DNA from: Macrostomum lignano
Lineage: Eukaryota
Assembly (NCBI GenBank): GCA_002269645.1
Contig: NIVC01002221.1
Span: 124,001-188,000 of the forward strand
Direction of reading: 5' to 3'
Length of the DNA: 64,000 bases
A model generated the notes under the pieces. It did no database searches. It saw nothing but the letters and a program-made list of their open reading frames with translations, and had not been told where the DNA came from. The position numbers and the translations under genes were made by a program. Shown here piece after piece: positions 31,884-45,238 of this stretch (position 1 is its first letter; each line of letters opens with the position of its first letter).

Positions 31884-32159
31884 CATACATGCGCAACTGC
31901 TGGCTGACCTGGCTGATCTGGCCACCATAAATTATGGTGGACCAGGGGTAAGTCGCAAAAATGCCACCACAAAGAATACAGACATAGTACTAATTAGATG
32001 CCGAGGCATTTAGGCCTGATAAGACAGTTATGGTTACTCCTGCTGTTTACCCAAAATGCGTTAATTTTGCTTTAGGGTTTCTTTCACAGGTAAGTTGCAT
32101 TTTTGGTCAAAAAAGTAAGTCGCATGGCCAGTGTAAATCAGGGGGGTTGCGCATGTATG
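31884..32159. mobile_element. 276-bp MITE with 14-bp TIRs and 8-bp TSD (P- or hAT-type)
   Basis: TIR CATACATGCGCAAC (31884-31897 / 32146-32159); TSD TGATGCAA (31876-31883 / 32160-32167). Confidence 0.85.
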
Positions 32160-33514
32160 TGATGCAACAAAAGCTTTCACTATATTACACTGACTTAGCA
32201 GTATAAATCAAGCACTTAGTCACAAAAAAATTTTAATCAGCCATAACAATCAGCTGGCAATGCTTAACAAGATTCTTAATTTTTATTCAAAAATTAGTGT
32301 CCTAGCTAAAAAATAGGCCATTATAATAGCCTTGTGTTCTTTATTAGAATGGAAAGATTTGTTAGTATAAAATCAATATAAAAATGTAATAGAATGGAAC
32401 AGTGTTAAGACTATAAGATAAATGAGATAGAATGCCTTACCTTAGCTTAGCCAATGTCTTACATGTCCTATATTCAAGAAGATGGTCATTGCTATAGAAA
32501 ATTCTAAGAATATACAAGGGCTAAAAATGCACTCAGAGTATAATCATAATATACACAAAGGGTCCCTGATACATTAGACACATAATCAATAATCACATCA
32601 TAGCTTAAAGATCTCTTGTGTATGCAGCACACAACTTTTTGATGAAACTAACTAAAAACATGTAATTTTTGTTAGTCTAACTTGCATTTCCAAATGTTAA
32701 TTTCTATAGACTATATATGTTTATAGACTATATTGGGATATTTCAATGAATATATACTTTTATTATAGGTAGTTTTTAGCAGGGTTTTTTTAAACAAAAT
32801 AAAAGTAAATAATACTGATAATTTATTAGTAAAGTATAAAACAAAAAAATTAATATTGACATTGTACAAAATTACTAGTTATTCAAAACTAAAAAGTATT
32901 AAAATTCTATAAAGTTCTAGGGCAAATAGAATGCGTTTTAAGTACAATATATTTTGCACATTTTTTACACTTGGCAATACATTTATTTGTTTTAAATGTC
33001 TTTATTTTTAACCTAAACCTAAGCTTTATTAGGCACAGTCTTTAATGAGATAATATTAACCAAAAGATCTAGTTGACAGTTTTATAAGTTAGGCCTACAA
33101 CATAGGAATAGCATATAGATAGTACATAGATTATCTTCCAAAAGTTTTATATATACTATGCCAGCTTTCTAACTATAGCATCAGTTTAAAAATTTATAAG
33201 GCCTAGCATTATTTTATAGCAAAAGTAGAAATTTTGTTTATAATCTATTTTTTGGCCAAAATACTAGAATTTTTTAAAATAGGAATTGAGAAGCTTATTG
33301 GCATTAAATAAATGATTATTAAGATTGATAAAGATTATTTTAGTGATTAAGTAATTATTTTTTTGATTTCTATTATTGTTAAACAAATATAACTATACAT
33401 TTTGGAATACAAATAATACATTACTATTATACCTTATATAAAACTAAAGGTTTGTATAAATGTAAATAAATTAAACTTTATGTTTTCTTATTTATATGTT
33501 ATCCATGGTCTGGA

Positions 33515-34620
33515 TCATGCAGGGTGTATGCTCAAACAAAAATTGAAAGGTTACAAATACATGCCAAAAAACTTTAAGTGCACACCTATACTCTTAAATC
33601 TATGCCAATATTACAATAATAATAAATTACCTTTTTGCATTGCCTAAAGGACCCTTTTTGGCTGATTTTATATTTTTATTAGTCAAGATTTCTTTTTGCC
33701 TTTACTATTTAATATTTATAGTGAAAACTGATACATATAAACATTTGTCTAAATGGTATATTACAACCTTAAAAACTAGAAAGCTTTAAATTTATGCTTA
33801 AAAATCAACTTTTTTAAATCTTTTTTTCTACTCAACACTAACTCTTCTGTGTGATTCTATGCTTTGCATGCCAGGAATGCATGCACACTATTTTCTTAAG
33901 AGTCTTACATGCCAGCTGTATACATCTAACTTTTGGCATGCAAGGCCAATACACACCAAATATTTTTGGATATATACTCTACACTATGGATCATGTAATA
34001 TATGCCTAAAAATTTAGGTGTGCATTGGCCTTGTATGACAGAATAGGCATGCACAATTGGTGTATATCATTCTTAAGAAAATAGTATACATGCATACTAT
34101 ACACTACAGATCATGTAGTATACATATAAAAATTTGGGCATGCATTTGCCTTGCATACCAAAAGTAAGTGTGCACATTTGGCATGCATCACTCCAAAGAA
34201 AACAATATGCATGCACATCTGATGTGCACTTTATAAAATCATGCTAAAGAGTTAATGTTGGGCCTAATTAGAAAAAAAGATGAAAAAAGTTCATTTTTAA
34301 GTGTAAATTACAAGTTTTTTGGGGTTTTTTAAGCTTGCAATAAGGCATTCTAATAAATCTTTATATATATTGATTTTTTACTGTGAATAGTACTGCTAAA
34401 AAAGCATAAAAATCAACTAAATTATCTACCAAAAAGGTTTTTTATGCAATACAAAAAGGTCAATTATGGTCATAATATAAAAAGGTCATTTAATATTTAT
34501 TTTATTTATTGTCACAACACAGGCATAATTTTGGGAATAGATGTGCACACAATTTTCTTGGCATGCATTTGTAATTAGGGGGCCTATTCAATTTTTGTTT
34601 AGGCATATACCTTGGATAAT
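33515..34620. mobile_element. Old ~1.1-kb foldback/MITE-like element with long degenerate inverted arms and internal palindromes
   Basis: GGGTGTATGCTCAAACAAAAATTGAA (~33520) matches the reverse complement of TTCAATTTTTGTTTAGGCATATACC (~34590). The similarity continues inward (TTACAAATACATGCCAA / TTGGCATGCATTTGTAA; TATTTTCTTAAGA / TCTTAAGAAAATA). Confidence 0.6.
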
Positions 34621-34665
34621 GATCTGTGACATATACTATATGATTTAATATGGTGTGTTATAGGT

Positions 34666-34858
34666 CAGTGTTTCTCAACCTATGGGTTGCAATCCCTAGT
34701 GGGGTTGCGTGACCATTTTCTGGGGGTTGTAGCACTAATAAATGTGAGTATATCATACTTAATGATGCATTATTTTGACTATAAAAGGGGTTGGGAACAT
34801 TGGAAAATGATGCAAATGAATAAATTAGGGTCGCCTAAAAAAAGGTTGAGAAGGCCAG
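34666..34858. mobile_element. Degenerate hAT-type MITE
   Basis: Left end CAGTGTTTCTCAACCT; right end AGGTTGAGAAGGCCAG. These resemble typical hAT/Charlie-like MITE termini. The TSD is not clean. Confidence 0.6.
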
Positions 34859-37355
34859 TTGTTAAGGCCAATACCAAAGTAAATCCTAAGATCTTATAAA
34901 TATGCTTATTTCCATATACTAAAATTGTATGCTAAGTATATATACCAGTTGTTCTAAATAAATATTTGAAATTTTTAGTATATAAATATGAGATATGATC
35001 TTAAATATACTCTGTATTATTTTTCTTTTACCTTTTATTTCAACAAAGTTGAAGACAAAGTAATAAATAGGTCATAAATGCAATTTTTCAAATTAAATTA
35101 CTTCTTTATAAATCCATGTGACATAAACATATTGTGGAGCAGTATTGCAGATTATCAATTAGACAGTTGATGCAAAAAGTATTGACTTAGCCGAAGCCAT
35201 TAGGAAGCTAGCTGGCAAGTCAAAATATTAACTTAATGGATCTCTTAAATCTCTCAATCTCTGTGGCCAGTAAGTTACAGTACTGTTACTGTTACCGTTA
35301 CTGTTATTGACCAGGGCCTAGAAAAGATAGGGCTTATAAAAACACAGAAAAAATCGAAAAAATACGAGATAAAAGTCACAAAGAAACACAATAAACGCGA
35401 ATATCCATCTTTAAACTAAGACAGAACGCTAAACACTAACAGTAATCATGAAATTTCTTAGTCATCATGAAGACTAAGACTAGTAGAAGACATGTAGAAG
35501 AAAATTTTAAAAAACCTATGCTGTCTAAAAATCTGAGGTGGGGGTGGAGAAGAATTTAAAATTAGATAATGGGGTTGTTCGGGTTTCTTCGAAACCGGTT
35601 AGCGTTGCGTTCGCACGAATTAAGCCGGAAAAATCGCGCAGGTGAATCTCAACGAATTTCTTCTCCTTTTACTCCGACGGCCGGGGTCCTCAAATTCCGG
35701 GGGGAGGGTAGTTGTAATCGTAGCGGAGCGGTCGTAGAGCGGCACGGTCGTTCAGTTGTAGAAACACAGGAGATTCTGACTCCGTAAATTAATGCGTCGA
35801 TGAGTTGAACTTGTTGCTTTTAGTAGGGTAGTTGCTGCCACCACCGTAATTCACGTATTACGGAACGTCTAATGGTCTCAGAGCTTTCTTTGAGATGAGA
35901 CTTCGGTTATTTTACGCCCCACGGGCAAAGGATTCAAGATAGGCTATGGCTTAAATCAACGGATAAGGAGTAGTTAATATTTAATTCGTCGGACGTCGGC
36001 GTTATTTGTTTATTAATTATAATTCATTAAGATGTTTTGTTAGCAGGCGTTGGAAATTTATTTTTGTTGCGAACGAGAAAAAAATGGGGGGCGACGACGG
36101 ATGCCGAGACAGCGCAATGAATAAAATTAACTAAACTAAACGAGGAGAGAGCGAAGGAAGTAAGAAACATCGCGGCAGAAACCGAAACTTAAATAAGAAA
36201 ATACATTAAATTCAATCCCAGGGCGGGGGTTGGGACGGATGACAGGACAACAGGGTGGGCGAGCCCGTGGGCAACCGGATGGACCAAAAAAATCGCAACA
36301 CACAAGGTAGCAAAATTGGGAAAAATCAACAAAAGGAAAACACATTCCAACGGCAGGGCAAACCGAAGGGACAACCATAGGAGAACTCAAAACAACACCG
36401 GGAAAAAAGGAGACACAACCGTGGGAAAAGTAAAAAGGAAAAAATTTCCGGGAATTGGGAGTCGAATTCAATTAAAATTGTTATTATTGTTATTAGACGT
36501 ATTAAAGTTTTAGTGGCAACCCACCTGCCACAAATCTAAAAGACCTAAAACAAAAAAAAGAAAAATCTTATGGATTTCGGAGAAAATGAGCGTTTTTTCT
36601 TAGAAACGAGCTGTCCTATTTCAAACGTCGTCATTTAAAAAAAGAAGTCGGCTGAATTAACTGGGACCTGAATATTGAATAATCTGGCAACTTGAAAATA
36701 AATGGGCTATGATTTCTCCTACCCAGTCCTTTAAATGGACCCTCATTTTTATTTTAGCAGGTGACAAGTCTTAGAACAAAGCTCTGACAGAGTAAAGCAA
36801 GAATCGAAGAAGTACAATGTGGCACAATCAATGGCACACGACTGCCTGTCAAGAAGGCCCCAACTACTAGCGACATAACAACTATTTCTCGGCTCTTGGT
36901 AGAATTTTTTTGACTTGAGACTTTTCTCGGCAAAGCGCCAAGCCAGTTGGGACCAGCAGACGCGCAGCAGAGAGGGTTTACTGGATCGAGACTGACTCTC
37001 ATCGCTTGACTTGTTCGAAGGCTGTTTCATCGCTATACTGACATTCTTGGGAGTAGAAGAGTGCGGGAGTGCAATTTCATGTACGATTATTTAAGGCAAA
37101 TAGACTAGTATTTGTAAAAAGGAATCACGTCAAATGAAAGTAAGTTATAATAATATAAAGAATTGCGTCAAAAACTGAACTCTGCTTTTAATCTCTTGAT
37201 CTCTTGATAGAATTCTTCTTAAGGCATTCGCTGGCTTTAATCCAGCCTAATTACGAGTAATAATCGTAAAAATGCTCGTGCTATTATACTGTTAAGTCTC
37301 CAAAAGGAATTTAGCGCTAAACCATGATAACTATATTAGTTAATGCATGCGTACA

Positions 37356-38045
37356 CACGGAGCGCTACAAGGAGTGCTACACGGAGTGCTACACGGAGTG
37401 CTACACGGAGTGCTACACGGAGTGCTACACGGAGTGCTACACGGAGTGCTACACGGAGTGCTACACGGAGTGCTACACGGAGTGCTACACGGAGTGCTAC
37501 ACGGAGTGCTACACGGAGTGCTACACGGAGTGCTACACGGAGTGCTACACGGAGTGCTACACGGAGTGCTACACGGAGTGCTACACGGAGTGCTACACGG
37601 AGTGCTACACGGAGTGCTACACGGAGTGCTACACGGAGTGCTACACGGAGTGCTACACGGAGTGCTACACGGAGTGCTACACGGAGTGCTACACGGAGTG
37701 CTACACGGAGTGCTACACGGAGTGCTACACGGAGTGCTACACGGAGTGCTACACGGAGTGCTACACGGAGTGCTACACGGAGTGCTACACGGAGTGCTAC
37801 ACGGAGTGCTACACGGAGTGCTACACGGAGTGCTACACGGAGTGCTACACGGAGTGCTACACGGAGTGCTACACGGAGTGCTACACGGAGTGCTACACGG
37901 AGTGCTACACGGAGTGCTACACGGAGTGCTACACGGAGTGCTACACGGAGTGCTACACGGAGTGCTACACGGAGTGCTACACGGAGTGCTACACGGAGTG
38001 CTACACGGAGTGCTACACGGAGTGCTACACGGAGTGCTACACGGC
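37356..38045. repeat. Near-perfect 12-bp tandem array (CACGGAGTGCTA, ~57 copies), intergenic
   Basis: Identical copies; stop-free in all six frames, which explains the ECYT/RVAL/PCST/RSAT/GVLH ORFs. Confidence 0.98.
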
Positions 38046-39063
38046 ATGACAGATTAGGCATTAGTTATCCTCCTATACTAATTGGATACCTTGTATGTAT
38101 TCTTCTTAATGTTACTTTTGTCCAAAATATATCGTGTGAAAGAGTATCATGTTATCGTGGCTTGTTTGAGGCAAAATGCACAACATAAGCAAAGACACGC
38201 GAATTTCTCTTGGTTAAACGGGTTTTGGACAGGATACACACACTGTTGTTGTGGAAAGATATGTCGCTGGTCAGGTGATGCACTATAAAGGGAAACTCGT
38301 GAATTTCGTCTACTAAAGGAAGACACGACCTCCAATTAAATGGGAAGTTTCGGGCAAGCACATGGGAACAGAGAGCTTTTAATTAACCCCTTCGTTTCAC
38401 CTCGGCGAGTAAGGGAAAGGAAAGCTGTGACCAGTGCTCTTACTTCTTACTGTGAAAAAGGAACGAAGCGAAAAAGAGGTAAGCCCATATGCAGTGCGTT
38501 GCGAGTGCGAGTATGAGGTGAGACTGAGACGACATCGAGAAAAATCTCTTCTCGATTCTAACGGGGGCGCAGAAGGATTACTAAGCGGTAAGTCCCATTA
38601 GCTAGTGCGATTATTACTCGAACGTTCATGACATGAAATCGGCTGATTGGTCGGGTTCAGACAGGCTCGAGCAGGAGACTGGAACTCAGGGAAGTTAAAG
38701 CAGAATAAGCTATGAGCAGGCAGTGGGGGAAGAAACTGTAAAAAGGGAGATTAGGCGATCTGGAACGTGACTGGTCGTTGATGGTGAACAGAAAGAGGGG
38801 ACGAGAGACAGGAGCCGAGCACATGAACGCCCATAGTAATTCGACACTGAGCAGCGCGTCTTCATTAAGGCGTTGCCCGCTCGCAGTCTTTTTCTTTCTC
38901 TCTGCTTTCATCGGGCCGGTCGAGAAAATCGGCTTGTTTTTTAGCTGAGGTGAAAGAATCTTACAAGAAACGGGAGCTGTTCGAGAGTCGATAAGTGAAC
39001 TGAATTTATTGTACAAATCCTAGAGGGAATTTTCACCGTAAGCGATTGTAACTGTAAGCAGAC

Positions 39064-42000
39064 ATGGGCAACGGAGCTAGCAGCACTCGCTACATCTACT
39101 TGGATGTAAATGGTCACTCAGAGACGGTTAGTCCTGGTTCCTGTTTATTTAAAAGTATCGATTCTCTTTTTACATATTGAGTCACACATTGAGTCACATG
39201 TTCCGTCCCGCCCGGATTCTGCAGATCCTGTTCAGCCCACACAGCTCCTCGCAGGACATCCACGACCTAATCTGCCAGGTTGCGCAGGTCCGCAGGGCCT
39301 CGAAGATATCGTTGAAATCGCGCAACGGCTGCCACGTGCCAATCGTGCCATCCATGCCGCAGAATTCCGTCGAGTGAGTTGACCGACAGACTGGCAGTGC
39401 TGTTGAAATCTCTGTTGAAGTGATTAGATTCGGTGTCAAAGGTTTACGTGGTACCATCGAACAATAATGTCACTTGCCTATTATGAAAGAAACACATGTA
39501 CTGCCCCCCCCCCTCGCAGCTCCCCTTACACCGTCAGCGTCACGAAACCAGCGGATACCGAGTCCGAGGTGCAGGCGCTCACCGCAGTTCTCAGCAAAGT
39601 GGGTGAACAGTTCAACCGAGCCTTCAAAATGGAAAACTTCAGGACGGAGCTGGATAAAAGACTGAATATGATCGAGAAGCGACTAGAGGGTAGGAGAATT
39701 GCGCTGTTTAAAAGCTAAATAAAAGCACAGAATATCGCACTATATTGTTGCTACGCGTCTATACTTCCCTGACATGCGTATCATGTTTTTAAATACCTCC
39801 CCCACAGCCGAGTCGCTAAAGCTGGTTGAGATTGAAAAGTGCAAGAAGGACATCAGCGAAGTTCGTGACCAGGTGTGGCAGCATGGCCGGAAGATCAATC
39901 AATCGCCGAGCAAGAATCTGTGAGTTGCAATTTTTTCCTCTGAAAACCAATCTGTCTCAATTTCAAACCGAATGCACGCCAGCATTTTCAAAAAATAAGA
40001 TTTGGATCAAAAGTTTAACGTTGTAAAACTCAGACATTTGATTTCTATTTTAATTTTAGCAGCCAGATTCAGCAGTTGCTCTGCTCTGTCAATGGTGAAC
40101 TGATTAAAGTTACCGATGCTAGGCGAAATGCGCCTCTCTACGCAAAGGTGCTATTTCTGTACTGAAAAAAAGAAACAATAATAAGAATTCGATAAGTCCA
40201 ATTGCTAGTAGCATAGTTTTAAATAGCTTATTAATAGTTATTACCGTTATGAATGTATTGTGCTGCATTAGTACTAGATATCACTGCTGACCAGATGATA
40301 CAGCTTTCATGCTCGCTTTGCCCCACGCGACATGCAGAATGCCAGCGCCAGCGCAGGAGGCTGAGAATGTTCTCGTGACAGATGAGAGCGGCATCAAATT
40401 TGTTAGTCTAAAGCGCGTTCCCGCCTTTCAGAAGGTATGCCTTAATTTAGCGATGAAGTAACCACTTCAGTGAAATAACCGAACTCCATATATGTACCGC
40501 GAAGTGTTCACGAAATGAAGTCATAGTTGAATTTTTGTATTGTTGTGTATTTCACTTGCTTTGTTCCTATGGTTGTACTTGCAGGTTACACTTTGATGTC
40601 AGCTTTTGTCCGCTTCTTAGAAAGTCCATATAAAGATATTTGTCTTACAACACCGCTGTTTATAAGCAACTTGGAAAATATAGCGCACCAAATTCATACG
40701 GATCATTTCAATGTCGTTTTGCAGTACATTCTAACGCAAGAAACAGTCGAATATCTGAAGAAACCAACATTTGACATCTGGCACTGGGAGCCAAATGAGG
40801 TCAGAATTCTTTAATTAATGCATTAAAGTACGCTCGTATAAATACATCTGAAATGACCTTCGCATTTATATTAATTATTTCAGATGCTGAGCTTGATGGA
40901 GCATATGTACCATGAGCTGGGGCTGATGCAAGAGTTCAACATCAACCCAGTCACGCTGAAGAGATGGCTTGTGAGTTATGATCTGATCATTTCTTGGCTT
41001 TAAGTTGCAGAAGTACACTGGTGCATCGGTTTGACCAACCCATTTGTCCGCAGCTGTGCATTCAAGTCAACTATCGAAACAACCCGTTTCACAACTTTCG
41101 GCACTGCTTCTGCGTCTGCCAGATGATGTACGGCATGATCCACCTTACCGGCCTCAACAACCAACTGCCCAAGGAGGACCTCGGTATTTTGATCACAGCC
41201 GCAATCTGCCACGATCTAGACCATCCGGGATACAACAATACCTACCAGATTAATGCCCGCACCGAACTGGCTATCAGGTACAACGACATTAGTCCCCTGG
41301 AGAACCACCACTGCGCCGTGGCCTTCCAGATACTCAACAACCCTGAGACGAACATCTTTGCCAATGTGGACAAGGACACGTTTCAGCGCATTCGAAAGGT
41401 GAAATTTATTCAGCGAATTAATGCATGAAGACTCAATTCCTAACAGAACGTACTGGTCTATCATAGCTAAATATTGAATGTCAAGAATTCAAGCTTCATG
41501 CCCATTTCAGCAACTGGATAAGCAAGAAAAAGCGAAATGACAGCATGATAATTAATTCTGCCATCGAACATACGAGCTATTGATATAATTTCGAAATTAT
41601 AGGCCTTTCTCGCTCCCTACTCTTGCAGGGCATGACAATGCTAATTTTGGCCACCGACATGGCCAGACACGGCGAGATCTTAGAGAACTTCAAAAAAAGA
41701 ATCGAAGAAGGATTCGACTTCGCCAAGAAGGAACACACAGACACTGTGAGTTGCCTATGACGTTTCTCAGACTTAGCTGATGTCAGCAGCCACGTGACAA
41801 GAGGCTAGAAATATATCCTATCAGTGCTTGACAAATAATCAATAGTCATGTGACTTAGCAGCCTTTACGGAACTACTCGTAGTAAGAATGTGCATATTTT
41901 CTTGTAAATCTACTACGTAACTATTTTAATTGCGGATTCTAATTTTCGATCGATCTTACATCTAGCTTAAGATGGTCCTCATCAAATGCTGCGACATCTC

Positions 42001-42626
42001 GAACGAAGTTCGCCCTCTGGAGGTCAGCGAGCCATGGGTCGACTGTCTGCTTGAGGAATACTTTAATCAGGTAAAAATTAAATGATTACAGCTGTATTCA
42101 TGTTCATAAACCTACAACGCCCCGCAATGTTACCGTTTCAGTCGGACCGGGAAAAGATCGAGGGCTTACCGGTGGCGCCGTTCATGGACAGGGAGAAAGT
42201 GACCAAGCCGACCGCTCAGATTGGCTTCATTCGCTTCGTCCTGATCCCCATGTTCGAGGCCGTAGCCAAGGTGAGAGTTTTGACAATGGCAGTTGCTAGG
42301 ATGACTAAATTAACCGATAGGAGGATTGGGTCAATCCAAAATACTGCTAGTACAGATCAAAATGAGTCGTCTCGGTCTGAACTTAATTCCCACGCCTCGT
42401 AGATCTTCCCGCCAATCACGGAGTCGCTAGTCCGCCAGCTGAAGAGTTCGCTGCAGAAGTACGAAGCATTAAAGGAAGAAGAAGAGAAGCGAAGAAAAGC
42501 TGTTCAGGTTAGCAGAATTTGGCAACTGCTTGCATTACTATTGTTTAGTAGTAACGAAGGTGATTTTTTAAATTTTGGCTTTCATTCGCTTTTTAGGATC
42601 AGCAGCAGCAAGGAAAAGCGACTTGA
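39064..42626 (+). CDS. PDE9A: High-affinity cGMP-specific 3',5'-cyclic nucleotide phosphodiesterase 9; 13 coding exons plus a candidate alternative exon
   Basis: Exons 39064-39126, 39225-39373, 39520-39689, 39808-39919, 40060-40147, 40725-40799, 40884-40970, 41054-41398, 41629-41745, 41966-42070, 42142-42270, 42403-42507, 42597-42626; all phases are consistent. PDE9-type sequence: [87 protein letters not shown]. Confidence 0.96.
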
Positions 42627-44352
42627 TCTGTCCGTGACCCGTGACGGGATCATTGTTTCAAATCAACAAACTTATTAATTTTGCAGAAGTTCATTTGTGT
42701 TACACTTGAGCACCGTTAAGCACATATTGGTGTTATATTGCAATTTTGTTCCCATAGCACGAGAGACCAAACTAATATTTTTACCCGTTTTGTTGTAGAA
42801 GAGTACAGTGTACACTTGTACTCTATTAATACTCGTAATTGCCCGATTTTCGCTAAACGTACATTCGGTTTTGCAACAGCGAGTAGCATGCATCTCTGCT
42901 GACAAAGCAGGAGTCACTATACTTGAGTCTTAGGCGCCCTTAATCTCTTTTTTTCTATATAATGTCTTGCTCTATCAATTTTCTAGTTTACTCTTACTCC
43001 TTTGGCACCGTTGCGTGTTGAGATAAAAAGCTAGTCCCCGCCAACCCCGCACGACAATACTGAATTCGTCACAGGCTTTAATGTTTTATACTCGATCTCA
43101 ACGATCAGTTCAATCGATACTCGTAGATATCAAAATTTTATAACTTTGTTTGTTAATTATCTTATCTTCTACTAATGACGAATCTGGACAGAAACTGTGA
43201 AAATATTGTTACCTATTTACGCTCGCATTATTCAGAAATCGACTTCGAATTCGACAATGATACAATTTCGCGGTGATCCAGCAAAACCATGTAACCCTGA
43301 TTCTTGGTTTTTGTGAATCAAGAGAGGAACGAAAGACCTGTTTCGTTTGCTGGAAGCTGTTTTCCTCGATTGTAACCATTCATCAGTTCTTTCGCTTCGG
43401 TAAAGTCTCTCCACATGGCAAACTGTCGTGGCCTGGCTCTGCCTCTGACGTATCACTTTTCACTCTGAATAATAATACCACCAAACTCTCTCACGCATGC
43501 CACGTCAGGCCAAGCTCTGCGGCCTGGTGAAAACTTTGTTCAAGCCCCGCAGCTATTTGAATCATTTGGTGCAAAGCGAAGGCCAAGTGAAATTAAATAC
43601 CCACGCCTGTTCTGCTTAATGCGCCGCGGATTTAGCTACAGAATCTCTATGTACGTCAAAAGCAGGTCGAAATGCCCCCCTAGTGCTGCTTTTGCTGCAA
43701 AAGCAACTAGGGCGCATGCTTTGGGGTTCCATTGCTTGGGAATGTTGGTGCCTGGTGAAACTAAATCTCTGCTGTTCAGAATTCACACCCCCCTCTCTCT
43801 GACGCGCACACGAGAACGCCTTGCGCAAGGTGGGTCTCCACTCTGTCATTTTGGTTAGGAAAGCAAAGACGAGAGCCGAGTTTCGCTTTCTATGCATAAT
43901 AGAACAAGCTGCATATTTCGATACACATGCTGCATAAACACTGCACGCTTCTCAGGTTCCATTCCTATACTGGTGGTCTCATGCCAATGTACAATAATTA
44001 TGCAGAAACCGACGCTCGAATATATATATACAAATAATGAAACGTATATTTCCCATGGGGTGAGTCAGTATTAACACAACAACAACGAAGAAGTCGATCC
44101 TGATCCAGAAAATTTTCTGTGGGGGTCAAGCTAAACAAATCAATTCACCTTAATATCGAATGGCACGGGCAAAATCTTACAGCCGGTCCGCCGCTGCTTA
44201 CTCGACCTTGGCGCAGACAAAGACACCAGCAGTGTCAGGGGCAGCCGGTCGACGAAACCTCGAGTTTTTTCCTGCCATCATCTCTGCTCCCTCTAGCTCT
44301 GTCCCTCCTCCCTGTCGCTGTCTCTCTATCTCTTTTTCTCGTCTCATTACTC

Positions 44353-45238
44353 CAGGGGTCGGCAAACTCGGGACTGTGGGCCACATGCGGCCCGCGAAGC
44401 CTCTCTAACCGGCCTTTGGGTCTTTTGAAACTCCACAATAGCAATCTGGCCCGCTCAAGGTTGGTGTCTCTTCTCAGCTCTCCTCTCTCCCCTCCTCTCC
44501 CCTCTCCTCTCTCCTCCTCTCCCCTCTCCTCTCTCCCCTCCTCACCCCTCTCCTCTCTCCCCTCCTCTCCCCTCTCCTCTCTCCCTCCTCTCCCCTCCTC
44601 TCCCCTCTCCCCTCTCCTCTCTCCCCTCCTCTCTCCCCTCCTCTCCCCTCTCCTCTCTCCCCTCCTCTCCCCTCTCCTCTCTCCCCTCCTCTCCCCTCTC
44701 CTCTCTCCTCCTCTCCCCTCTCCTCTCTCCCCTCCTCACCCCTCTCCTCTCTCCCCTCCTCTCCCCTCTCCTCTCTCCCCTCCTCTCCCCTCCTCTCCCC
44801 TCTCCCCTCTCCTCTCCCCTCTCCTCTCTCCCCTCCTCTCCCCTCTCCTCTCTCCCCTCCTCTCCCCTCTCCTCTCTCCCCTCCTCTCCCCTCTCCTCTC
44901 TCCCCTCCTCTCCCCTCCTCTCCCCTCTCCCCTCTCCTCTCTCCCCTCCTCTCTCCCCTCCTCTCCCCTCTCCTCTCTCCCCTCCTCTCCCCTCTCCTCT
45001 CTCCCCTCCTCTCCCCTCTCCTCTCTCCCCTCCTCTCCTCTCTCCCCTACTCTCCTCTCTCCCCTACTCTCCCCTCCTCCTCGGTCTCTTCTCTCCTCTT
45101 ATCTCCAATCTCTCCGATTCTCTCCCTTCTTTTCTCTCCCTATTCCCACTTGTCTCTTCACCTGCCACTGGCCCACAGTCATGTGCTAGATTCGACGAGT
45201 ATATCGAGCCCTTAAGTTAAAAAGTTTGCTGATCCCTG
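44353..45238. mobile_element. Non-autonomous hAT element carrying a ~660-bp (CT)-rich polypyrimidine array
   Basis: TIR CAGGGGTCGGCAAACT versus CAGGGATCAGCAAACT (2 mismatches in 16). Subterminal CGGCCCGCG motif. Perfect 8-bp TSD CATTACTC (44345-44352 / 45239-45246). Internal CTCTCCC repeat at 44470-45130. Confidence 0.9.

Noticed and set aside
37324-38188. Six 235-281 aa ORFs (ECYT, RVAL, PCST, RSAT, GVLH repeats)
   Set aside because: They are translations of a stop-free 12-bp tandem array, with no unique coding flanks or splice evidence.
44119-45189. 356-aa Ser/Pro/Leu ORF
   Set aside because: Read-through of the CT-rich tract inside a hAT MITE.
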